From Octopus vulgaris (taxonomy: Eukaryota): DNA of 64,000 nucleotides. The notes under the pieces are model-generated. The model saw only the letters and a program-made list of their open reading frames with translations, was not told where the DNA came from and did not search any database. Made by a program: the position numbers and the translations under genes. This document shows positions 13,630-25,386 of the stretch, piece by piece (the first letter of the stretch is position 1; every line of letters begins with the position of its first letter). Location of the stretch: assembly GCA_951406725.2 (NCBI GenBank), contig OX597832.1, positions 4,898,001 to 4,962,000 of the forward strand. Reading direction: 5' to 3'.

Positions 13630-14450
13630 GAAGGATAAGAGAAATTATAGAAGGAACACATTTAGGCAATCAATACAAATTCCAAGCCATAACTTAATGC
13701 ACACAACGAAATAAATATATGTATAAATTTATATAGATAAATGAATAAAATTACATGTAAAAGTCATATGTGAAAACTATACTCCATGTACATTGGGTTC
13801 ACATACCGAATGGAGAAGTGACAAATATAGAGACAAAAATCCACAGTAAGGACTTCAAAAAGGAAATGTTCCAATCCATTAAGAATTTGATGTTTATATG
13901 AGTTATCGGACGAGAGATGAAAATTTGAAATTCAGAGGTAAATAAATTTGGTAAAATATTATTAAGATAAATATACAAATTATCATGTAGGATTTCATCA
14001 TGAGGTAAACCATCCTGATGAGGTGGGGCATTATGTTTTTGTGTATGGAATAATTAAAATGCCATTTATACATTTAATGTACTCCTGAAGCAACCATAGA
14101 TGATGTCCTTTAACCCCGAGTTTGTATATTTATCTTATGTCATAATATTTTACCAAATTTATTTACCTCTGAATTTCAAATTTTGATCTCTCATCTGATA
14201 ACTCATATAAACATCAATTGGAACATTTCCTTTTGGAAGCCCTTACCTTGGATTTTTATCTCTATATTTGTCATTTTTCCATTCGGTATGTGAACCCAAC
14301 GTACATGAGGCATAGTTTTCACATATAACTTTTACATGTAATTTTATTCATCTGTCTATATAAATTTATTTCGTTGTGTGCTTGAAATTATGCTTTGGAA
14401 TTTGTATTGATTGACTAGATGTATTCCTTCTATAATTTCTCTAATCCTTT
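13630..14450. mobile_element. Penelope-like relic: long inverted repeat of a GIY-YIG 3' end around a hammerhead-bearing spacer
   Basis: 13630-13979 is the reverse complement of 14121-14450 (diverged). The arm encodes KITCK...MYIGFT and the spacer carries catc-CTGATGA...GAAG...TA-gatg. Confidence 0.65.
14011..14102 (+). ncRNA. Degenerate type I hammerhead ribozyme motif
   Basis: Stem I catc/gatg, CTGATGA at 14015-14021, extended stem II, GAAG in place of GAAA at 14087-14090. Confidence 0.45.
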
Positions 14451-14451
14451 C

Positions 14452-14486
<35 letters not shown>

Positions 14487-14591
14487 GAGGTAAGTGTACA
14501 AACAAAAGAAAGAGGCACTCAACACATTTAGCAAGAGTTACATATATCATTATTTAAAACAGTTTGATTTGGCTGAATGAAACTGTTTTAA

Positions 14592-14622
<31 letters not shown>

Positions 14623-15817
14623 TACATTTCATGTTGAAGAAGCTTCCAAGAGTAGAAAGGTAAATTAACAATCACCAGCCATGCTAAAAGAGAAAAATAT
14701 GGTTTTGTTTATTTATTACTGGAGGCCCAAAGCCACTGTACCCAGTTTATGGGTCCGAGATGTAAAACTCCCAGAACAATAAATAACTCATGGATGAAAA
14801 AAAGAATGGTCAAACCTTCAGTAAAATAGTGAAGACTAGCACTTTAGCCATCGCAGTTATGTCCCTTAGATTAGTTTCTGTTAACTGTTGTTCTGTATGT
14901 TAGTATTCAGATAGTAATTGGTCACCGCATTTTCTTTTTTTTTACGCTTTGGGGATGAGAGGGTTGGATGAGGTGCAGTCGATGAGGGAGAAGAAAGAGA
15001 GACAGAGATGAAGGAAGGGATTTTTAAAGCAAATATGTGGTTGCATAAACATATAGGTGCTGTGTGTGTGTGGCAGGGGTATAGCAGTACATGTGGTGAG
15101 AAAACAACTAATGGGGAAAGAGCCAACCCTTACTGTTATGACTGAACCAGCCTGTTGGTTAAGCTATATTTATGGTTTTGAGGACAAGAGGAAAATATCC
15201 CACTTTTAGAGTTCAGTAGTGAGAATTCATAGCTAGTGTCAACAACCAATACTCTCCTCTTTAAGAATTTGAGTCATGTAATGTCATAACATTGGGGAGA
15301 CACAAAAGATTATTGACAGAAACTGCTGCACAATATACCATCATATGGCCGTTGCTGGATAAATGCAAAACTTACCATAGAAGCAGTATGAAGTGTAGAC
15401 TTTCTTCAGCAGAGAAAATGCTATCATTAAAACTGCTAGACAAAGAGAATACATTTACAGCCAAGGTAATTTGTATCAACTATATATATATATATATGTA
15501 TGTATGTATATATAAGTGCCTTATTTGCCAGAGATAAGGTAGGGAAACTGCTGTTGAGGCATAATGTCCAGACACTCGTTTGCTTTTTCTTCATGGCATG
15601 TCCACTTTGAAGGATATTTGGGATTATCTCCCCTTCTCATTCAGGATGATCCCAATTGCTACGTCATCTCTGGAAACCAATAAATCATGAATTTATCTTG
15701 CATGTTTTCTAATATAACCCTATTCATTTTTGTTGCTCAAATACATACCACTGGACATTGTTATTTCTCTTATCTTATTTTCATATCATTTATGCAAATT
15801 ACACACAGACACACACA

Positions 15818-15863
<46 letters not shown>

Positions 15864-16094
15864 GCTTTTTTTAGTTTCTGTCTACCAAATCCACTCACAA
15901 GGCTTTCAAAGTAAAAGACACATGCCCTGGAACCTCTGAACTTGAAAACATGTGCTTGTGAGGGAAGCCTGATCTGCACCTCAATAAAGAATATTTATTC
16001 TATGGTTTCACAGGTTTCAATTCAGCAAAACTAAATATTTAAATATCAAAAGAAAAATCTAGAACAAATTTTAAATTATTTTGTTACATAAAAC

Positions 16095-16100
16095 TTTATT
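16095..16100 (-). promoter_or_regulatory. Candidate TM9SF2 polyadenylation signal (about 1.1 kb 3' UTR)
   Basis: AATAAA on the minus strand near the end of the repeat-poor stretch downstream of the stop; an alternative lies at about 16967. Confidence 0.3.
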
Positions 16101-17224
16101 TAACACCCGATTTCATGAAAAATTAATGTACCATGACAACCTTATTTCCTTCTCTGCAGTTTCTCCTCTATGGAATTCCTTTGTCAAATAAGTATTACTT
16201 AGAGTCAATATATATATATATATGTATATATATGTACGTATATGTATAGAGTTAGTATTATAATACTTAGCATTAGTGTATTAGATATTATATACATGGA
16301 AGAATGCAGAAGGGCTGAGATAACAGATTGTCAGAATTAAAATCTTCTCTTGAATTGTAAACTAATTTTATGCAAACTGAAATTTATGATGTAAAGTTTA
16401 CAATTTAGTTTTCCAAGATCTCCAACAATACTATTAGATCTTAAAAACCAGCAGTTAGAATTTATGAAAATAACAAAAATCAGAAAAAATAATGTTAAGT
16501 CCTTAACATAGAGGGCTTATAACTTAACCAATAGGCAATACACTAATAAACATAAAAACCACTACAAAACATCAAAATACCAAACAAATTTTCTTTTTTG
16601 TTTCCTTTTTTTTTTTCTTTTCTTATAAACTCTTTCTTACCTGGTTACCAGAAATCTGCTTTGAGTAAAGCTAAAGGAGTGATATGGAATTTCAAAGTTT
16701 CATGAGAAAAAGAAAAATAGTTATATTTAAGAAATGAAGAGAAAGATGAATAACCATTTGTAGTAGAACTACAATTTTTCTTCATAAAATATTTTCAGTT
16801 GAGTTAATAAGAGAGAACATCTAAATGAAACGGATGACCCCATTTGTCCTAAATTCCTTGATCTTTTTAATTGCTTCTATTATATACCAGAGACTATATA
16901 AAAATAATACTTCTGTACTTGGCTGCTTGTCAGCCAGTTATCTATATGTTTCTAAGAAGGGAAGGCTTTATTAAGCGATGTGTTAATGTCAAGTAAAAAA
17001 GGAAAATGTTTCCAATAAAGAAACAATATTCACACCCCACCGTTTGGTGCACTTATGGAGATTGGCAAAATTGAAAATACAAAAAAAAAAAAAAAAAAAA
17101 AGAAGATGACTGCAATCTTCAAAGTTTCCTTCCATTCAATGCATAATCTGTTTTTGCTTACACGTAAGACTTGACAGAAATGGCTGCTGAACAAGTGACA
17201 GTTCAAAATACAAATAATCAGCAT

Positions 17225-17292
17225 TTAGTCCACTTTGACTACACTATAGATCTTAGAAACAAACCAAAAGCAGGAGAAGAAGCCAATGGTAC
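17225..17292 (-). CDS. TM9SF2: TM9SF2 last coding exon ([22 protein letters not shown])
   Basis: TTTGCAG acceptor; TAA stop at 17227-17225. Confidence 0.95.
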
Positions 17293-19322
17293 CTGCAAAA
17301 ATATTTAAAAAAAAAACATTAATAATAATCAAGTTATACATAAAAAAATGATATACTTTCAAATAACAAAAAGAAGTTTCTTTATAATAGGAAGTTGTGT
17401 TTATGTCACACTTCCCCATAATAAAACTTTCTAATTACATACACACGGAATCTTTGATGAAAACTGCAGAAGTTGAATGAGTAACCCCAATCAATTGTCC
17501 TCAAACAGATATTTGGTATGGAATTAACTGAGTAATGTTGATGATAACCCATAAGTTCCGTACTTAAAAGCCTAACCTCTAAACCTGTTCTAAGACTAAG
17601 TTGTACATTCTGTCATGCAGTGTTTAGTTATGTGATGCCTGGTAGAGTAGCCTTTCACATTTGTTTTATAGGCCAATCTGTTTTTGAAGGACTGAATTCT
17701 GGTGATGACTACAATACAGACAAGATGATGGAGTTTTACTATGGTAGTTCTATTATACTGTGCAACAAATTTTTGTCCTACTTGCTTACCTTAAGAAAAT
17801 ATGAAAAATGGCTAATATTACCTTCAAACTTTGCTTTTGTTACATTTATTCAAACCCCAAAGAATCCCTCTCAACATGTGGCTACAATGGGCCCCCACTA
17901 CTCTTGCTCATGACCAGAGATGCACATATTGTCAGCCACTAAGGGATATGCTCAAGTGGTTATGGTCAAGCAACTGACAAGCAAATCTGTGGTACTGAGC
18001 AGAATATTTGCTATAATGATATTTCTACTACAGCAACTCAGCACTGAATCTGTCTGAAATGTAATGGAAAATAGGTCAGTTTGAAAACCTTGACGTCCAG
18101 GTCACAATAGCAAATTTTGAAGGGAATTGTAATCATTTCCTTTGATTTCTAGATAGAAGCAAATAGGAAATAACATTTACTGACTAAAGGCAAAAAAAAT
18201 TAAAATTTTGTTACACAGTGTTATGTAACAACCAATGTCTCTGAACACAAAACGGGATACCAATATATATTTCTTTACTACCAACAAGGGGCTAAACACA
18301 GAGGAGACAAACAAGGACAGACAAAGGGATTAAGTCGATTACATCGACCCCAGTGCGCAACTGGTACTTAGTTTATCGACCCCGAAAGGATGAAAGGCAA
18401 AGTCGACCTCGGAGGAATTTGAACCCAGAACACTTAACGGCAGACGAAATACGGCTACACATTTCGCCCGGCGTGCTAACGTTTCTGCCAGCTCGCCGAT
18501 CCTATACAACTCTTCCGAACTCACATACACTTGGTAGGTTAACAGCACTTTGTGGCTTCAGGAATAAATTGGAAAATTATAAATATGAAAAGTTAAACTA
18601 ACTGTGTTGTTTATTTGGAAACAGAAGAAGCAACTAGTATTTCCTTAAAAGATATTTTGGGTCGTCAAAGTCAGAATCAGAGTATAAATGGCAAAATGAG
18701 AGAAAGATTATATAACAGCAAAGTAGGATAATGCGGTATGAAGTGTGGAAGAAGTCAGTGTGTCAGATCACAACAGAGTGGAGGGGATCATATGTTTGTC
18801 AATATGTTTATACAGCTTTCTTTTTAGTTATGGTTACATTACTGTATTTCAGTCTCTTCTAATTCATTAACTGTGAAATTACCTTGCACCACAGCTCATA
18901 TGACAGGTAGAAGAATATCCAACTCATAATCTCCCTTGCATCTCTTTTTTTTTTTCCCATAAGTTACTTTTGCCTCTCTGTTTTCTTCCATATACTTCTA
19001 TAGTTCCAACTCCTACTATTCTTGGATGTTTTGCCTTTCTGTGTTTATAGATGTATTAATATGCATGTGCACATACACACCCAAAGTTATAAGAGAAGAC
19101 TTGTAAACAAGACATGCAGAAGAATTGAACCTAGAACCTGTGTTATTATGAATGTGCCTATCTCATACATTCAAACTACACATTCAACATACCAAACTCA
19201 GCTAATGTCTATTCTGCTCTCAAATGTCTTTTAAACTCTTCAATATATCTAACCACAAATAAGAGCTTGCTCAGATCATGATGACCCATCCAACCTAAGT
19301 CAACATGGAAATTATACATAAA

Positions 19323-19354
<32 letters not shown>

Positions 19355-19801
19355 ATAATTTGTATGGCTTTATTATACATATCAAATATTTAAACATATA
19401 CAGAAGCTATTTTTGTATGAAATAAAGGAAATCTACTTGCCAGTTAATAAGAAAAATAAAAACATAACAATTAACATGTATCCAAAGTAGAGCACTGTGC
19501 TTGCAGATCCAACCAATTCCAGTTTGGTAACATAGTAATGAATGCAGTATATGAAGAAATATACTGCTGTGAAACCACTTGTAAGGAATGACCGCCACCA
19601 CCAATGGTAGTCCTGAAATAGAATAGGTTCTTTAGATAAAATTTTTCTTTAAAAATATAACAAGGAGGCTTGAAATGCTTAAACAAGCCAGTTTCAATGA
19701 ATCAAGTCATATTTTACTAATATACATGTTATATATATATATATATACACACACTCATATTTACACACACACACACACATATATATATACGGACACACAA
19801 A

Positions 19802-19867
<66 letters not shown>

Positions 19868-22800
19868 TACACACATGTTTTCTCTGTCTCACTTCCTCCT
19901 CACCCTCTTGTACTATATCTTATTCCTCCGCACTACTACGAAACTATAAAATGTTCAAACTCCCCACAATTGATTTGATTTGAAAACCCCACTAGATTGG
20001 GAGAAAGCGCTAATCCGAATGATATGATCTGAATGATATGATATATATGTAAAAAATGTAATATATAAATAAATATCTACAAATATGAACCATCTGATCT
20101 GATTACCTCATTTTTTCTAATATATAATACCTGTACATCATCTCCAAACCTTCCGATACATATATTTGGATGTACATGACATCAGAATGGATGGACTAAT
20201 ATCAGATCCACAAACAGAAGATACCAAAAATACAGAAAATATTGAAAGGAATGGAACAGAACCAGACCCCAAACAAGCTTATACCAAACACGCAGAAGAC
20301 CTAACACAAATCTGCAAAATATGCAATGCCGAAATAAACAAGACAGAAGCACATCTTCAACAGGGAAATACAAGAAGCATGGAAGATCTACTCACAGAAA
20401 CCTGTAGTAAGTTAAATTCGCTTCTCTCAAAAATTGATACGCTCTTTGCAAACATTGCTTTAACAATAAATACAATCCAAACACAAAATATTCTCTGTAA
20501 AAATAATCAAGCAAACACAACTGACAACACAAACCTTCTGGCGGGACTACCCCAATCACAAAGGACAACAAATGACGAAGAAACAAAAACTGACACAAAC
20601 CAAGAAAAACCTTCAAAACCCCAAGACTGGAACAAACTTCTAAACCAACGCAAATATGCTTGTTGGAAAAACATACGCTGTAAGAACATAGCCAACATAT
20701 ATCAAAACTGGCGGGACTTGAAGAACCCAATACTCCCTAGAAAATTTCTTATCAAAGAAATAAGGGGTGAAACACTAGAAGAAACAACAATACGTGCAAA
20801 CCTAGCCCTCTGCCGACTAGAAACGGAAATTTCCCTTCTACAAACACGAAGCACACACCAGGAAGATAAGATTAAAACAATCGATACCGTCATAATGGCC
20901 GAGATAACAGAAAGGAACAATAACCAAAACAAAGAAAAACTACAACAATTATGGAAAGAGGATACCGAACGAGAGGAGGAAAGATCCAGATTTATGTGGA
21001 CCAAACAACAGGAGTGGTTTTTACACTACGAAAAGAACTATGGGGAAGAATCAATTATGAAGACAAAAAAACTACCAAAACAAATGAATAGATACAACAA
21101 ACTAACACCACAAACATATTGGACTCCCAGACATCAAAATAAGCCCTACCAAACACAAACCAAAATCCCGCTCCTTACACTGCCGAACCCCCCAATTAAC
21201 AGATACACAAAATATGAAAGACAACCATCAACCCAAAACCCCACAAAAACAAACACACCAACAGCAAGACGAGCACAATACATACAACCAACAACCTATA
21301 ACACTTGGAGAGAACAAATAGAATATGAACAACCACCAACACATAACACTGGACACCCTAAAGGGGGACACACATGGAACAATATATAAATGGATAGAAA
21401 TCAACACATAACCTACAACAAACATCAAGGAAATCGAAACTACACAAACACCAACCCCATGCAACCCCACAAATTTCCAAGATGGATAAAAAACAACTCC
21501 CACTATCAATACAATACAAACACAATACATGAACCATCCACCTACCCACAAAGAAACCTAAACCCCAGTAATAAATATTGGCTCAACAAACACAGAAGAT
21601 GGGAAGAAAACAACTACCAAAGACAAAACAACACATACAGACCACCCCAACTACAAGAAAACCTAAGAACTGAAAATGGAATTTAGAGACGTAACAACAC
21701 AACCCATTTTTTAGGGAGAGGATACTTCAACCATACTCCAGACCCAATACACCAAAACTTCCGGATGAACTCCCAAAACACATAGACCCCAAAATAATAA
21801 ACTTATCTAAAAGAGAACTTGACGAATATGAAATGAACCTACTACTAAAAGGCCTCAAATTTACACCTACACCCACTCCAAACCTCATAGAACTAAAAAC
21901 TGACATAGACAACTTCAGCTGCTACCTCCGCCTTATGGAATTCTTTGAAAATAAAGAAACAGAAGATAACTCAATCATAAGAAAAAAATCCCACTTCACC
22001 CCTTACAAGGGAAGTGACAAACACCTTGACACATACATAGAAACAATATCCAAATTCCCTCTTCACACACACAAATGCAAACAGAATCTCCGCAGAGAAG
22101 AAAAACAAGCCCTACAAAAACTGAAAAATGACAAATCAATCGTTATAAAAGAAGCTGACAAAGGTGGAGCAATAGTAATTATGGACACAGATTACTACAA
22201 AGAAAAGATACTAGAGTTACTGAACAACCAGACATATTACAAAGAGGAACCAACACCACCGGAGAAAACAACAATAAGAAAAATTAGAATTTAGTCAATG
22301 AATATCAGGACTCCTTTACAGATAAGGAGGAAGACTATCTATGCAACTCACAAACCAAAGAAAGCAACTTTTATGGATTACCTAAAATTCATAAAAGCTC
22401 GGAAATACAGAGAGCCATAAAGGAACAGAGGAACCACTATATAAGAGTACAAAGGCCTGCAGACCTCACAATGAGACCAATAGTGGCAGGACCCCAGGCA
22501 CCAACACAACAACTAAGCCACTTCATAGATATACTCCTCAAACCTCTATGCCCACAGATTCCAAGCTACATAAGGGATGACATAGACTTCCTCACACACA
22601 TTCCAAATACAGTCCCAAAAAACACCATACTTGCAAGCTTTGATGTCACAAATCTATACACAAACATACCACACACCCTAGGTCTAGAAGCTATAAAACA
22701 ATCAATAGAAAAATACAGAGAACTTATAGACGAACGCTTCAAGACAAACTTTATCACCCAAGCCACCCAACTAATACTAGAAGAAAACACATTCTCATTC

Positions 22801-24400
22801 AACAACAAGACATACCGACAGATAAAAGGCACGGCTATGGGTACAAAATTCGCACCTTCATATGCCAACCTGGTGATGGGCTTCCTGGAGAAAAAACTAT
22901 ATGACGAAATAGGGAAAGTCTTCGAACACGACTTCAGAGAAGACATCAAGAAAAAGTGGAAACGCTACCTCGATGACTGTTTCATCTTTTGGAACAGATC
23001 AGAAGAGGACCTACAAACATTCCACAACATCCTCAATACGCTGCACCCATCTATCAATTTCACAATAGATACCAGCCACAACGAACTTCCCTTCCTAGAC
23101 ATCAACATCAAAATACACAACTCCATCGTCACAACAGACATCCACTACAAAAAAACTGACACACATCAATACTTAAATTTCCACTCCTGCCACCCATCCC
23201 ACACAAAAAGAAACATCCCATATAGTATGGCACGACGAATATGTAGCATAGTAACTGATTCACAAATACGATTAATAAGACTAGATGAACTCAAAAGCTT
23301 CCTCCTAGAGCAAAAATACCCCCTTAAACTAATAGAAAATGGAATCACAAGAGCATTAAAACTAGACATCACACAACTCAGGACACCCAAAACAAAAAAC
23401 AAAGAAAACACTATCCCTTTTATAAACACACACAACCCTGGAGTTACCAACATCTTCCAAACCATACATTCAAACCTACCAATAGCCTTACAAAGCCCCA
23501 AAATGAAAAACATATTAAACAAATATAGCATAAAAAACAGTAGACGACAGGACAAAAACCTAAAAAAACACCTAACAAGAGCGAAATTCTCTTCAGAAAC
23601 TAAAACGGAATTCTTTGCAAAAGAGTGCGGAGATGGTAGATGTGGGACCTGCAGCAACCCCACCTACAAATACATAGAGAGCAACAGAGAGATAAGATTT
23701 AAAAATGGTGTCATATTCAAAGTAAATGCAGATATGAACTGCAAGACGCAGAACGTCATATACTGCATAACCTGCCCCACGTGCAAGGAGAATTACGTAG
23801 GTGAAACTGGTAATTCTTTGTGCCAGCGAGCCAGGATCCACCGACAACATATTCGGCAGGAAGAACTACGCAAAATACCACTAAGCACACACCTAGCTAC
23901 ATGTGGAGAAGGAAAATTTAAGATATTTCCCTTCTACAAGTGTCCGAAGAACGACACCCCCTTCAGGAGGAATATGGAAAAACATTTCTCCCCCAAAGTT
24001 CTCCCCCAAATTAAATGGCTGAAACTTTATTCAACATACATTGAAGGACAAAAAATTTTTTTCGATTTACAATATGATACAGTGGAACATTTAATATATG
24101 TGTGTGTGTATATATATATAGGTGTGTATGTGTATATGTTACTTGTTACATACATTATATTGTTTTTGCAATTTACTTGATCTTTACTCGCCAATTGTCA
24201 TTCTAACTTTAACCTTCCTATGATATGCAATTTTCAAGATGGTGTAACTTGATTGTTCATTTTGATTCGTTAGAAGGTGGATTTTTCCCTAATATTTCAT
24301 GTGTAAGCATGTATATATATATATATATAGTGACATTGAAGGACGCATCTTTCGATTTACAATCTAATATAGTAGAACATTTAGTATATGTCTGTGTGTG

Positions 24401-24439
<39 letters not shown>

Positions 24440-25056
24440 GTGTGTGTATAGATATGTGTATTGCCTGTTATATACATCATATTATATTATTATCTTTATA
24501 ATTCACTTCCATCTTTACCTTTTAATTGTCACTTTAATTTTAACTTTCCTATGATATACAATTTTCAAGATGGTATAATTTGGTTGTTCATTTTTGACCG
24601 ATAAAAAGGTTTTTTTCAAATATTTTATGTATAAGTCTGTGTGTGTGTGTATATATATGTATTGGTATAAATATCAACACACAAAAATATTTTTTTCTTC
24701 TCCACTTCCTCCCTTATTTTTATTTTTATTTATTTTTTATATTTTTTTTTTATTTTTTTATTTTCCCTTTTCTCTTTTTGTCTCTCTCCCCTTCTCCAAA
24801 CACACAGACAGACAGACACACACACACACACGCACACACAAACACACACGGACACACAGAGACACACACACACACACACCTCCACAAAATGATCATAGAA
24901 AGTGTGATCCCAAATGACATTTGTCAGGCCAACCTACGCACAACACACACTCAGTGACATCGAAATGGACAGAGCCAAGTTCTTATAAAACCACAGGAGG
25001 TCCAGTAGACCAACGGAAATAACACTTCTTCCCTCTCAGATATAAACGCGCGCACA

Positions 25057-25103
<47 letters not shown>

Positions 25104-25341
25104 ATGTTTTCTCTGTCTCACTTCCTCCTCACCCTCTTGTACTATATCTTATTCCTCCGCACTACTACGAAACTATAAAATGTTCAAACTCCCCACAATT
25201 GATTTGATTTGAAAACCCCACTAGATTGGGAGAAAGCGCTAATCCGAATGATATGATCTGAATGATATGATATATATGTAAAAAATGTAATATATAAATA
25301 AATATCTACAAATATGAACCATCTGATCTGATTACCTCATT

Positions 25342-25386
<45 letters not shown>

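Larger units (their letters stand above)
19874..25355 (+). mobile_element. Penelope-like retroelement (Neptune-type), near full length, with direct terminal repeats, antisense in a TM9SF2 intron
   Basis: PLE RT motifs ([61 protein letters not shown]), Cys linker [15 protein letters not shown] ([18 protein letters not shown]...H) and 253-bp direct repeats. Confidence 0.93.

Noticed and set aside
14820-14890. Possible further hammerhead on the minus strand
   Set aside because: Both core boxes deviate at several positions; not supportable
20166-24022. Selenocysteine recoding as reported for some Penelope clades
   Set aside because: The in-frame stops are TAA and TAG, not TGA, and the endonuclease is C-terminal
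23990-24180. Hydrophobic C-terminal extension of the 569-aa ORF
   Set aside because: Read-through into microsatellite-rich 3' sequence caused by a frameshift near 23990; the real end is PKLNG* at 24022
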